Position numbers and translations under genes: made by a program. The notes beneath the pieces are model-generated. The model did no database searches, was not told the origin of the DNA, and saw only the letters and a program-made list of their open reading frames with translations. A stretch of DNA of 64,000 nucleotides from Alphaproteobacteria bacterium (GTDB lineage: Bacteria; Pseudomonadota; Alphaproteobacteria; Bin95): contig OZ224045.1 of the NCBI GenBank assembly GCA_963665325.3, forward strand, positions 2,144,001 to 2,208,000, written 5' to 3'. Shown here one piece after another: positions 31,247-40,920 of this stretch. Within the stretch, counting starts at the first letter, position 1. The number at the start of each line of letters is the position of its first letter.

Positions 31247-31970
31247 TCGTTTCCTTTCCCAGATAAATCTCCTGGACCTCGGAATGCGCCATGATCTCCT
31301 CGACATGGCCCTCGATGAAGATGCGCCCGCGGTGGAACACGGTGACCGTGCTGGCGATGTCCTTGATGAAGTCCATGTCATGCTCGACGACGATCAGCGT
31401 CGTCTCGCCCGCGAGGTTCCGCACCACGCTTGCGAGGCGCGCGCGCTCCTCGCCCGCCATGCCCGCGGCCGGCTCGTCGAGCAGCACCAGGCGCGGCCGG
31501 CCGGCGAGCACCATCGCAAGCTCGACGAGCTGGCGTTGACCGTGGGCGAGCGTCCCGACCGTGTCTCCGGCAATCTCCGGTATCTGCATGAGTTCGAGCA
31601 CTTCGTCTGCGACCCGCGCCGCGGCATCGGCCCGGTTCGTGCGGGCCGCCGCCAGGCTGATGTTCTCGTAGGCCGGCAGGCCTTCGAACAGGTTCGGCAC
31701 CTGGGTCTTGATGCCGATGCCGCGCGCGACGATTTCGTGGGTGTGGCGGCCGCCTATTTCCTCGCCGTCGAACAGGATGGAACCGCTGCTGGGCCGCAAC
31801 TGTCCGGTAAGGCACTTGAAGAAGGTGCTCTTGCCTGCCCCGTTCGGCCCGATAAGGCAGCGCAACTCGCCCCGGGCCACGCTGAAATCGACATTGTCCA
31901 CCGCCACAACCCCGCCGAACCGCATGGTGAGATGCGATGTGGCCAGGATAGGTTCGGATGCGGGGCTCAT
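31233..31970 (-). CDS. UrtD/LivG-like ABC ATP-binding protein
   Basis: GELRCLIGPNGAGKST, DEPAAGM, VEHDM. Confidence 0.9.
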   Translation of the reverse strand: MSPASEPILATSHLTMRFGGVVAVDNVDFSVARGELRCLIGPNGAGKSTFFKCLTGQLRPSSGSILFDGEEIGGRHTHEIVARGIGIKTQVPNLFEGLPAYENISLAAARTNRADAAARVADEVLELMQIPEIAGDTVGTLAHGQRQLVELAMVLAGRPRLVLLDEPAAGMAGEERARLASVVRNLAGETTLIVVEHDMDFIKDIASTVTVFHRGRIFIEGHVEEIMAHSEVQEIYLGKETNAAA

Positions 31971-32986
31971 TGCGCCCGCTCCCGCGACGGCTGGCGAAGA
32001 ACAAGGGCCAGACCCTTGCGCAGCCAGTCGTGCGCGGTCGGAACGATGCCGCGCGGCATGAGCAGCACCAGCAGGACCAGCACGATGCCGAGGATCACCA
32101 GATTGTTGATGAACGCCGTTTCGCCGAGCTTCAGCGAGAGATATTGCAGGGCGACGACGCCCACGATCGGCCCGATCAAGGTGCCGACGCCGCCGGCCAT
32201 GACCCAGATCAGGCACTTGGCCGACATCTCGAGGCTGAAGGCGTTCGGGTCGATGAAGGTCTGGTAGGTCGCCCACATCGCGCCCGAGGCGCCGCCCAGC
32301 GCGCCGCCGATGCTGAACACCAGCAGCTTGTAGCGGCGGATATCGTAGCCGAGCAGGCCGGTCCGGACTTCGTTCTCGCGGATACTGATTGCGATCCGGC
32401 CGAACTTGGAGCGGATCAGGACATGGAGCAGCAGGTAAACGAAGATGAGCAGCCCCATGAAATACTGGAACATCTCCCCCGGGTCCATTTCCCGGTCCGT
32501 GAACGGCACCCGCATGATGGGGATGCTGGGAATGCCGTTGAAACCGCCCAGCCGCGCCTCGCCGATGGCGTATTCGGGGCCGGCCGTGTGGTTTATCAGC
32601 TTCCACATGATGAGGGTCACGACCAGGGTCACGACGCCGAGATAGACGTCGCTCAGCCGCCCGTAGAACATGAAGTAGCCGAGAACGGCCGCAAATGTGA
32701 AGCAGAGCGCGATGGTGAGGAGGAAGGGGACCGTAGTGTCGCCCAAATTGATCGAGATTACGGCGAAGGCGTAGCCGCCGAGACCGAAGAATCCGGCCTG
32801 TCCGAAGCTGATGATGCCGCCGAAGCCCCAGATGTAGGCCAGGCTGAGCGCATAGATCGCGAGCACGACATACTGCGTCATCTGCAGGACCTCGAAGAGG
32901 TCGAACCAGGCCGGAACGAACAGCAGAATCGCCAGGAAAAGGGCCGCTACCAGGGCAACGCCGCGCCAGTATCGGGATGCTGCCAT
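31967..32986 (-). CDS. UrtC/LivM-like ABC permease
   Basis: WGFGGIISFGQAGFFGLGGY. Confidence 0.88.
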   Translation of the reverse strand: MAASRYWRGVALVAALFLAILLFVPAWFDLFEVLQMTQYVVLAIYALSLAYIWGFGGIISFGQAGFFGLGGYAFAVISINLGDTTVPFLLTIALCFTFAAVLGYFMFYGRLSDVYLGVVTLVVTLIMWKLINHTAGPEYAIGEARLGGFNGIPSIPIMRVPFTDREMDPGEMFQYFMGLLIFVYLLLHVLIRSKFGRIAISIRENEVRTGLLGYDIRRYKLLVFSIGGALGGASGAMWATYQTFIDPNAFSLEMSAKCLIWVMAGGVGTLIGPIVGVVALQYLSLKLGETAFINNLVILGIVLVLLVLLMPRGIVPTAHDWLRKGLALVLRQPSRERAQ

Positions 32987-32998
32987 GGCCCGCTCGTC

Positions 32999-33865
32999 TC
33001 AGAGGCTGCGCGAGAAAATGCGCCCGGTGATCCCCTGCGGGAGCAACCGGAGGAGGATGAGCGCGACGAGAAGCAGTGCGGCGTCGCCGAACACGGGCCC
33101 GGACAGGAAGGTAACGCTCTGGCTGAGCGTGCCCAGCATGGTCGAGGCGCTGAGCGTGCCGGCGACAATGGCCGTGCCGCCCGTCACCACGGTGATGAAG
33201 GCCTGACCGATGAAATAGATGCCCATGCTGGGCACGACCCCGGAAATCGGCGCGAGCAGGCCCCCTGCGAGGCCGGTCAGCGCGGCGCCGATGCCGAAAG
33301 TCGCCATATAGACCAGCTTGGAGTTGACCCCCAGCGCCTCGGCCATGTTCGGGTTCTGCATGGTCGAGCGCGCGATCAGTCCGAAGCGTGTGAATCTCAG
33401 CCCCGCATAGATCGCGGCCAGCATCAGCGCGGCCGCGAAGATCAGCACCAGCGTGTAGCTTGCCATCTTGTAGTCGCCGATGGCGAAGCCGCCGAGCGGC
33501 GTCGCCACGCCCTCAACCGTGTTGCCGAACACCACGGTGACCAGCCCGATGATGAGCAGGCTCAACCCCCAGGTCGCAAGGATAGAATCCAGCAGACGGT
33601 TGTAGAGGAACTGGATGATGCAGCGCTCGACAATGACCCCGAAAACGCCCACGACGAGCGGTGCCAGCACCAGGATCGCAACCCAGAGATTGACGCCCAG
33701 CTTTGTGGTCAGCACCACGGTGTAGCCGCCGAGCATCAGGAACTCGCCATGGGCGATGTTGATGACCCGCATCATGCCGAAGATGATTGCGAGTCCGGCT
33801 GCGATGAGCACAAGCCCCGCGACAGCGCGCAGCAGCTCTATGAGGACGATAACGGCGTAATCCAT
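32999..33865 (-). CDS. UrtB/LivH-like ABC permease
   Basis: GLAIIFGMMRVINIAHGEFLMLG, LATWGLSL. Confidence 0.88.
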   Translation of the reverse strand: MDYAVIVLIELLRAVAGLVLIAAGLAIIFGMMRVINIAHGEFLMLGGYTVVLTTKLGVNLWVAILVLAPLVVGVFGVIVERCIIQFLYNRLLDSILATWGLSLLIIGLVTVVFGNTVEGVATPLGGFAIGDYKMASYTLVLIFAAALMLAAIYAGLRFTRFGLIARSTMQNPNMAEALGVNSKLVYMATFGIGAALTGLAGGLLAPISGVVPSMGIYFIGQAFITVVTGGTAIVAGTLSASTMLGTLSQSVTFLSGPVFGDAALLLVALILLRLLPQGITGRIFSRSL

Positions 33866-33928
33866 GAAAGACCCCGGTGCCGCGGCCCCGCCTTGCCCGG
33901 CGGGGCCGCAGCCGATCCGTGACGTCTT

Positions 33929-35185
33929 CTATTCGAGCGAGATTTCGTAATGCTTGTTGGCGTTCGGGTCCTTCTCGAGGTCGCAGACAGACTGGGTGTC
34001 GGCGGGCTGGACCTGGGAGAACTTCTCCTTGATGACGAACTGCTTGTCCTGGAGGTCCGCCACATAGACGTCCCGGATCGCATGGTGCGTCTTGCGGTCG
34101 ATGGTGACCTTGCCGGAGGGGAATTCGTACTCCTTGCCCGACTCCATCACCTCGATGAGCGCCATGCGGTCGAGGCTGCCTGCGGTCCGCACCGCATCGG
34201 CCCAGATCATCATGCCTTCCCAGGTAAAGGCCGAAAGCTCGGTCAGGAACGGCGTGTCGTCGGGATAGCGTTTCTTGACCGCCTCGACCCAGGCGTTGTT
34301 CATCGGCGAATCGATCTGCGGGTAGTAGCCGTAGCTGGTGATGATGCCGTTGGCGACTTCCGGCTTGATGATCTCGATCTCCGCGCCCGCCGCGCCGAAG
34401 GTCGTGGACGCGATCGGGATTTCCTCCTTCATGCCGCCCGCGGCCCACTGGTTGTAGAAGCCCAGATGGCCGGTTCCGACCAGCACGGACATCACCATGT
34501 CAGGTTTGGCTTCCTGAATCTTCGAGATCGTCGGCCCGAAATTGGTGACGTCCAGCGGGAAGAAGTCGGTGGAGAGCACTTCGCCCCCGTTCTGCTCGAC
34601 ATAGCGCTTCACCCAGGCCGCGGTGATCTGGCCATAGTTGTAGTCCGCGGCAATCGTATAGACCTTCTTGCCCCACAGATTCATCGTGTGCGGCACGAGC
34701 TGCTCGACCGTCTGGGCCGGCGTGGTGCCGAGCGTGATCTCGTTGCGGTCGCAAACGCCGCCTTCGTAGAGCGTGTTGTAGAAGTACAGCGTCTTGAAGC
34801 GGTGGAAGATCGGACGGATCGTCTCCCGGCTCGCGCTGGTGATGCCGCCCATGGCAACCGCCACCTTGTCCTTCAGCGCCAGTTGCGTCGCATATTGCGA
34901 GTAGAGCGACATGTTGGACTGCGGATCGTAAACAACGCCCTTGACCTGCCGGCCGAGCAGGCCGCCCTGCGCGTTGATCTCCTCGATCGCCATCAACATG
35001 ATCTGGTTCATCGGGATGCCGGCGAAATCGATGAAGCCGGACAGGTCGTGCAGGCCGCCGACCAGGATTTCGTCGCCGGCATCGGCCGAGATGGCCGGGA
35101 ACACTGTGGAAAATGCGGCGGCGCCCGCGCCCATTGCCGCGGTTTTCATGAAATCGCGCCGGGATCTTGTGTTCTTGACTGTCAT
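33929..35185 (-). CDS. Urea/short-chain amide ABC substrate-binding protein (UrtA/AmiC-like), Tat-exported
   Basis: SRRDFMK twin-arginine signal; TSASRE, YEGG, ADYNYG. Confidence 0.88.
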   Translation of the reverse strand: MTVKNTRSRRDFMKTAAMGAGAAAFSTVFPAISADAGDEILVGGLHDLSGFIDFAGIPMNQIMLMAIEEINAQGGLLGRQVKGVVYDPQSNMSLYSQYATQLALKDKVAVAMGGITSASRETIRPIFHRFKTLYFYNTLYEGGVCDRNEITLGTTPAQTVEQLVPHTMNLWGKKVYTIAADYNYGQITAAWVKRYVEQNGGEVLSTDFFPLDVTNFGPTISKIQEAKPDMVMSVLVGTGHLGFYNQWAAGGMKEEIPIASTTFGAAGAEIEIIKPEVANGIITSYGYYPQIDSPMNNAWVEAVKKRYPDDTPFLTELSAFTWEGMMIWADAVRTAGSLDRMALIEVMESGKEYEFPSGKVTIDRKTHHAIRDVYVADLQDKQFVIKEKFSQVQPADTQSVCDLEKDPNANKHYEISLE

Positions 35186-35495
35186 CGACGACCTCCCTCG
35201 ATACATGACGGCAAGCGCATCCAGCTAAGAGCGACAGCGATGCACGAGCGCAAGCCTGCCAGATTAAGCCGGGGCAACAAAGACATAATTGGGAAAGCAG
35301 CCCGTGCGGTCTTTCGGATCGCGCGGTATCCGGCTTGCACCGCAGGATCGCCCCGGAGCGGTCGTTCGTCCTCCTCCCTGCGGCGAGATGAGGACGCCAG
35401 GGGCTGGCACAGCCATGCGCCCGGAAATTTGATCTAGCTCAATTTTTGGCGTCGGGGGGCGAAGCGAAGACCGCTTGACCGATGCGCTCCGGCGG

Positions 35496-36710
35496 TTAAC
35501 TGCCGCTAGCCCACCAGTCCCTGGGTCTCGACCGCGTCGCCCGTCCGGACCGATCGTCCAGCCAGAGCGCCGCCCGGCGTAGCGGCGAAAGCGCGAGGCG
35601 TAGCCAAAGCCGGCTGGTCCAGCGGCGGAAGTCCCGGTTGAAGGGGCAAACCCGAAGACAGATAGCGCAGTCTGAGGCGAGCTTGGCCCAATAGCCGAAG
35701 CACTTTTCCGCATCGGACGTCCATTTCACCACGCCCCGGATGGCGGACTGGTTGAGCCGGTCGGCGGTGGGCGGACCGTAGGGCAGGGCTTTCGCCGGAC
35801 AGGCGTCTGCGCAGCGCGTGCAGACGGCGCAGAACTTCGCCACGCCGAATTTGCGCGGTGCGTCATGGGCCAGCGGCAGGTCCGTGAAGATCTTGGAAAA
35901 ACGCAGGCGCGGGCCCGTCTCCGGGGTTATGACGAGTTGGTTGCGGGCGTATTCGCCGAGACCGGCTTTCAGCGCATAGGGAATGGCGAGCGCAGTGTCG
36001 TTCATGGAGGCGACCGCACGGTAGCCGAGCGCCCTGATATAGGCGGCAAGCTGCATGACGATTGCGGCTTCGTGGCTGTACTCCCGCCCGGTCGCAGCGC
36101 CGGCAAGCGCGGAGGGGTAGGTCGCGACAAGCCCCTCGTCCATTTCGTGGCCGAGCACGACGACATGCTCCAGCCCGTCGGGCAGACCCACCGGAGCCTC
36201 CGAGAAGTCCCGCACATCCACCCGCGACTCATAGGTCCAGCGCTCATCGTACTCGGTGATGCCGCACAGGCTTGCGCCGAAGAACCGGGCGACCTTCTTG
36301 ATCTCCGCCGCCATCGCCGCCGGATCGTCAACCGGGAACTGCTCCGCGACGACAGGCGTGTCGTCCGAGATCGCCGCCTGGAAACCCTCCCGCCTGCCTT
36401 GCTCGACATGGCGGTTGGTAATCAGGTCGGAGATCAGCCAGGAGGCGTTCCGGAGCGCGAAATCCCGCTGGTTGAAACCGTCTCCCCGGCGCGCAGTGAA
36501 GTCCGCCCGGTATGAATTGAAGAAGGCGTCCGTTTCCTTCGTGCGCACCCGCTCGTCCCAGAACGCGCGCGTGAAGACATCGTCGATCTGCCGGAAAGGC
36601 GTGAAGTCCGCAGTCGTCTCGATTCCCGCCGCCGCATCGCTTTCGGCGTGGCGTCCCCGCCAGCGAGCGCGGCGTTCTTCGAGGCTCTCCTCGTTTCCGG
36701 GCCAGCTCAT
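35496..36710 (-). CDS. Reductive dehalogenase-like cobalamin/2x[4Fe-4S] protein
   Basis: YIRALGYRA, AGLGEYARN..ITPETGPRLR, TDLPL, FCAVCTRCADACP, C-x10-CAICLRVCPF; no Tat signal. Confidence 0.8.
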   Translation of the reverse strand: MSWPGNEESLEERRARWRGRHAESDAAAGIETTADFTPFRQIDDVFTRAFWDERVRTKETDAFFNSYRADFTARRGDGFNQRDFALRNASWLISDLITNRHVEQGRREGFQAAISDDTPVVAEQFPVDDPAAMAAEIKKVARFFGASLCGITEYDERWTYESRVDVRDFSEAPVGLPDGLEHVVVLGHEMDEGLVATYPSALAGAATGREYSHEAAIVMQLAAYIRALGYRAVASMNDTALAIPYALKAGLGEYARNQLVITPETGPRLRFSKIFTDLPLAHDAPRKFGVAKFCAVCTRCADACPAKALPYGPPTADRLNQSAIRGVVKWTSDAEKCFGYWAKLASDCAICLRVCPFNRDFRRWTSRLWLRLALSPLRRAALWLDDRSGRATRSRPRDWWASGS

Positions 36711-36743
36711 CGATGCGAGACTACCGCTTTTCCGGTCCGGGCG

Positions 36744-37349
36744 TCAGTGGCCGGTCTTGCGAAACCCCTCTCCTTGCTCGTCGAGCGCTTCCGGCGGCCG
36801 GCCGAGCCATCGACCCGCGACAGCGCGCCAGGTTGCGAGCCGGCTGAAATTAGGAGGATCGGCAAGCGTGTCGTCGTCGTTCAGGAAAGGGCTCGGGAAG
36901 AACACGGTAAGGCCGTTCTCGCCCTTCCCGTTCCATATCTCGAAGCCCCAGGTGAGCGGCCTGGCGTCCCGGTCGAAGCCCCGGAATATCTCGGCCCGCG
37001 AGGGCCGGCGGTGCGCGCGCAGCGCCGGGCCAGTCGGGTCTCCGGGCGAGCCCAGGTTCTCGCCGATGCAAAGGTGGAAATGCCCGCCATTGCCGAACAT
37101 CACCGTCAGGTAGCCATCGAAGAGGCTTATCCGCGTCGGTGCGCCGGGACATTTCCACTCCCAGGCGGCGCCCTGGATCATCGGGCCGAGGCGGATGCCC
37201 CGCCAGTGGTTCTCGAACAGGTCGCGGAGGAAGGCCTCCAGGACGGATTCTTCCAGCGGCAGTGCCCAGATTTCGCGCGCGAGCGTCCCGTTCTCGCGGT
37301 ACTGCCGTTCGTCCGGTTCGGACGGAATCTCTCGGTCCGTGTCCTTCAT
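36744..37349 (-). CDS. Conserved-looking hypothetical protein
   Basis: RBS GGAGG before ATG 37349; motifs GPMIQGAAWE, HFHLCIG, FFPSPFL. Confidence 0.7.
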   Translation of the reverse strand: MKDTDREIPSEPDERQYRENGTLAREIWALPLEESVLEAFLRDLFENHWRGIRLGPMIQGAAWEWKCPGAPTRISLFDGYLTVMFGNGGHFHLCIGENLGSPGDPTGPALRAHRRPSRAEIFRGFDRDARPLTWGFEIWNGKGENGLTVFFPSPFLNDDDTLADPPNFSRLATWRAVAGRWLGRPPEALDEQGEGFRKTGH

Positions 37350-37444
37350 GTCTTCCACCTCCCGGCACCTCAAGTCTGTGCGAAGGTTCCGCCTGCGGCA
37401 ACGCTCCGGTTCCGTTGCCGGGCCGGCCGTGGAAGGGTGGGGCC

Positions 37445-38356
37445 ATGGGCGCATTTCTCGAAGTGGCGCTGCCGGCTTTCCTGCTGGTCTTCGCCGGGAT
37501 GGCCGCGGCACGCGCAGGCTGGATCGACGAGGCGGGCGCGAAGGGTCTGAACGCTTTCGTCTATTACCTCGCCATGCCGGCCGCGCTCTTCCGTGCGGCC
37601 TCGGAAGGCGCGCTGCTTCAGGGTTTCGACTGGCGCCTCGTGGCCGCCTATTTCGGTCCGACGCTGGTCCTGCTGGCGGCCGTCGAGGCGCTCGGCCGAC
37701 GGAAACCGGCGGAGGAGCGGGCGCTCACCGGCATGGGCGCCTGTTTTTCCAACAATGTCTTTCTCGGCATGCCGGTGATCGTGGCGCATATGGGGTCGGC
37801 TGCGGCCGGCCCGATGACGGTGATCATCGCGGGCACCACGGTCCTGTTCATCGGCCTGCCCGTGCTGCGGATCGAGATGGCGAGAGGTAGTGGGGGAGCT
37901 GTGGCGGCTGCACTCGGGCGCGCGCTCGCCAATCCGCTCCTGGTCGCAATTGCGCTCGGCACGCTCTGGGCGTCGGTATCCTGGCGCCTGCCGGGGCCGG
38001 TCAGTGTAGCGGTGGACCTGCTGGCTGCGGCATCCGCGCCAGCCGCGCTTGCCGGACTGGGCGCGGCGTTGGCGGGATACCGCATCGCCGGGGACCTCCG
38101 GGACAGCACTGCGCTCTGCGGGCTCAAGCTGCTCGCGCATCCGGTCATGGTGTGGTTTGCGGCGGGCGCAGTCGGGCTCGGCGAGTTCGAACGGGCGGTC
38201 GCGGTGCTGGCGTCGGCCATGCCGGTCGGCGCCAATGTGTTCGTGTTGGCGCAGCATTACGGCATCTACGAGCGCCGGGCCTCGGCCGCAGTGGTGCTCT
38301 CGACCCTCGCCGCCATGCCGCTTGCGGCCCTGCTGATGACGGTCTTCCACTCGTGA
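37445..38356 (+). CDS. AEC-family transporter
   Basis: FVYYLAMPAALF, FSNNVFLGMP, KLLAHP, AMPVGAN. Confidence 0.88.
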   Translation: MGAFLEVALPAFLLVFAGMAAARAGWIDEAGAKGLNAFVYYLAMPAALFRAASEGALLQGFDWRLVAAYFGPTLVLLAAVEALGRRKPAEERALTGMGACFSNNVFLGMPVIVAHMGSAAAGPMTVIIAGTTVLFIGLPVLRIEMARGSGGAVAAALGRALANPLLVAIALGTLWASVSWRLPGPVSVAVDLLAAASAPAALAGLGAALAGYRIAGDLRDSTALCGLKLLAHPVMVWFAAGAVGLGEFERAVAVLASAMPVGANVFVLAQHYGIYERRASAAVVLSTLAAMPLAALLMTVFHS

Positions 38357-38363
38357 GGCGGCC

Positions 38364-39212
38364 TTAGGCGCGCTGGCGGATGAGCCAGACGCCGATCATG
38401 GTCAGCGCAAAGCCGGGCCACATGGCTCCCGGCAGGTCTTCGCCGAGAAAGACCCATGCGAGCAGCGCGGTCACTCCGGGCGTCAGGTAGAAATTCGACG
38501 CTACCCGGCCTGCCTCTCCGTGGCGCAGCATGTAGAGCAGCAGGCCCATGGCGCCGAGCGAAACGCCGAAGGTGAGATAGGCGAGCGAGGCGACCATGCC
38601 CGGCGTCCAGACGGCGTGCGGCGCCTCGAACGCCCAGGTGAAAGCCCATGCCGTGGCCGCCGCCGCCGCGAGCTGCACGCAGTTGGCGCCGATGAGCGGC
38701 GCGTCCCGGCAGAAGCGCGCGTGGTAGAGTGTGCCGGCGGTGAGCGCGGCGATGGAACCGATTGCCCAGGCGATGCCGGCCGGGCGGCCGAGGTCGAAGG
38801 CGCCGATGCCCGCGACCAGCGCAACGCCCCCTGTACCCAGCAGGAAGCCCGCCCATTGCCGGCCCCGGAAGCGTTCGCCCAGCAGCGGCCCGGCAACTAG
38901 CGCGGTCGCGATCGGGTGAAGCGCGCCCATGAGCGCCATGGTCGCGCCCCGGATCTCCGTCATGGCGACATAGGCCGCGCCCAGATAGCAGGCATTGATG
39001 ATTGCGCCCGACAGCCCGAGATGGACGATTTCCGCGACCGTCGGCCGCCAGTCCCTGATCAGGAAACCCGCCACCGCTGCCAGCACGGCCGCCGCAATGG
39101 TGAAGCGGATCGCCAGGAAATAGAACGGCGTGATATCGGGCAGTCCGGCGCGGACCGCGACGAAGGCGCCGCTCCAGATCAGGACGAAGAGAAACGGGGC
39201 GAAGCGGGTCAG
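38364..39212 (-). CDS. DMT/EamA transporter
   Basis: Frame extends past the track start to (L)TRFAPFLFVLIWSGAF...LAIRF; probable CTG start. Confidence 0.85.
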   Translation of the reverse strand: MTRFAPFLFVLIWSGAFVAVRAGLPDITPFYFLAIRFTIAAAVLAAVAGFLIRDWRPTVAEIVHLGLSGAIINACYLGAAYVAMTEIRGATMALMGALHPIATALVAGPLLGERFRGRQWAGFLLGTGGVALVAGIGAFDLGRPAGIAWAIGSIAALTAGTLYHARFCRDAPLIGANCVQLAAAAATAWAFTWAFEAPHAVWTPGMVASLAYLTFGVSLGAMGLLLYMLRHGEAGRVASNFYLTPGVTALLAWVFLGEDLPGAMWPGFALTMIGVWLIRQRA

Positions 39213-39970
39213 CTTGCGCTGTCCTCGATCACCTCGCCGCCGAGTTCCTCGACGAAAGCATGGATTTCGGCTGCCGCTTCATCGATGCGTGCACGGTCCG
39301 CCCCACGCACGACCAGCGCCACGCCGGTGCCCTTGTCGGTGTTGTAGAAGGGGTAGGAGCCGAGATCGAGCTCCGGGAAGCGCTGCTGCACGGCGCCCAG
39401 GCCTCTCGCCAGCACGCCTTCCACCAGCCGGGTCGAGATCGACCGGGAATGGATCACGGTACCGCGTCGGAGCGAAGGTTTCGCGACCTCGAACATGGAC
39501 TGCATGATCTGCGGCACGCCGGCGAACACGAACACGTTCTCCATGCGGAAGCCGGGTGCGATGGACAGGGAGTTGTCCACGAGTTCGGCGCCGACCGGTG
39601 TAATCGTCATGCGCTTGCGCGCCTCGGTGAACTCCTGGCCGCGCCGGTCGTACCATTCGGCCATCCGGCGGTAGCTCTCCGGGTGGTAGTGCCATTCGGC
39701 GTCGAAGGCGGCGGCGATGGATTCCGGCGTGATGTCGTCATGGGTCGGCCCGATGCCGCCCGTGGTGAACACATAGTCGAACCGGGCGCGGAGCGCGTTG
39801 ACCGCCTCGACGATCTCCTCGCGGATGTCGGGCACGATGCGCACCTCCGCGAGCTGGATACCGATCTCGTTCAGGCCGTTGCCGAGAAAGGCGATGTTCC
39901 TGTCCTGCGTGCGGCCCGAGAGGATCTCGTTGCCGATAATGCAGAGCGCGGCGGTAACCGTAGCGGCCAT
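39209..39970 (-). CDS. CinA-like molybdopterin-binding domain protein
   Basis: IGNEILSGRTQD, TTGGIGPTHDDIT, AGVP. Confidence 0.9.
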   Translation of the reverse strand: MAATVTAALCIIGNEILSGRTQDRNIAFLGNGLNEIGIQLAEVRIVPDIREEIVEAVNALRARFDYVFTTGGIGPTHDDITPESIAAAFDAEWHYHPESYRRMAEWYDRRGQEFTEARKRMTITPVGAELVDNSLSIAPGFRMENVFVFAGVPQIMQSMFEVAKPSLRRGTVIHSRSISTRLVEGVLARGLGAVQQRFPELDLGSYPFYNTDKGTGVALVVRGADRARIDEAAAEIHAFVEELGGEVIEDSAS

Positions 39971-40101
39971 GGGGGCGGTCCTCGGCGGAGCGGGCCGGCG
40001 GAGGATAGCCCCGCCGGGCGCGCTCTTGAAGACGGCGCGGCGGTTGCACCGAAATGCTATGCTGGGTTCGGCCCCTGTACAACTGCACCCCCGGAGCCTC
40101 G

Positions 40102-40920
40102 ATGCAACTGAAGCGCCAGCAGACCCGCCGCCGGGAAGACGAGATTGCGATCCATACGGACGACGACCTTGCCGCCATGCGCAGGGCCGGCCGGCTTGCG
40201 GCGGAGGTGCTGGACCATGTGACGCCGCATGTCGTGCCCGGCGCGACGACGGAGAGCCTGAACACGCTCTGCCACGATTTCACGCTTGCGCACGGGGCTG
40301 TGCCCGCGCCGCTCAACTACAAGGGCTTCCCCAAGTCGATCTGCACTTCCATCAACCATGTCGTCTGCCATGGCATTCCCGGCCCGCGCCGGCTGCGCGA
40401 CGGCGACATCCTCAATATCGACGTCACCGTCATCCTCGATGGCTGGTACGGCGATACCAGCCGCATGTTCCTGGTTGGCGACGGAGTTGGCGTAAAGGCG
40501 CGGCGGCTGGTCGCGGTAACCCATGAAGCGATGATGCGCGGCATTGAGGCAGTGCGGCCGGGCGCACATCTCGGCGACATCGGCCACGCCATCCAGGCCT
40601 ATGTGGAACCGATGGGCTTTTCCGTGGTGCGGGATTTCTGCGGCCACGGACTCGGGCGGGAGTTCCACCAGCCGCCGAGCGTGCTGCATTTCGGCCGGCC
40701 GGGCGACGGTCCGATGCTGCGCGAGGGCATGTTCTTCACCATCGAGCCGATGATTAATGCAGGTCGCTTCCATGTGAAGATTCTGGCGGACAACTGGACC
40801 GCCGTCACGAAGGACAAGTCACTCTCGGCCCAGTTTGAGCACACGGTCGCGGTGGTGTCGGACGGTGTGGAGGTGCTGACCTACTCGCCGAAGGGATGGG
40901 ACAGGCCGCCTTATGCGTGA
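40102..40920 (+). CDS. map: Methionine aminopeptidase type I
   Basis: CTSINHVVCHGIP, GDTSR, CGHG, FTIEPMIN, SAQFEHT. Confidence 0.97.
   Translation: MQLKRQQTRRREDEIAIHTDDDLAAMRRAGRLAAEVLDHVTPHVVPGATTESLNTLCHDFTLAHGAVPAPLNYKGFPKSICTSINHVVCHGIPGPRRLRDGDILNIDVTVILDGWYGDTSRMFLVGDGVGVKARRLVAVTHEAMMRGIEAVRPGAHLGDIGHAIQAYVEPMGFSVVRDFCGHGLGREFHQPPSVLHFGRPGDGPMLREGMFFTIEPMINAGRFHVKILADNWTAVTKDKSLSAQFEHTVAVVSDGVEVLTYSPKGWDRPPYA

Noticed and set aside
35207-35495. Riboswitch or sigma54 promoter upstream of the amide ABC operon; B12 riboswitch near the rdhA-like gene
   Set aside because: The TGGCAGG lacks a correctly spaced TTGC, and no riboswitch consensus was recognisable by eye
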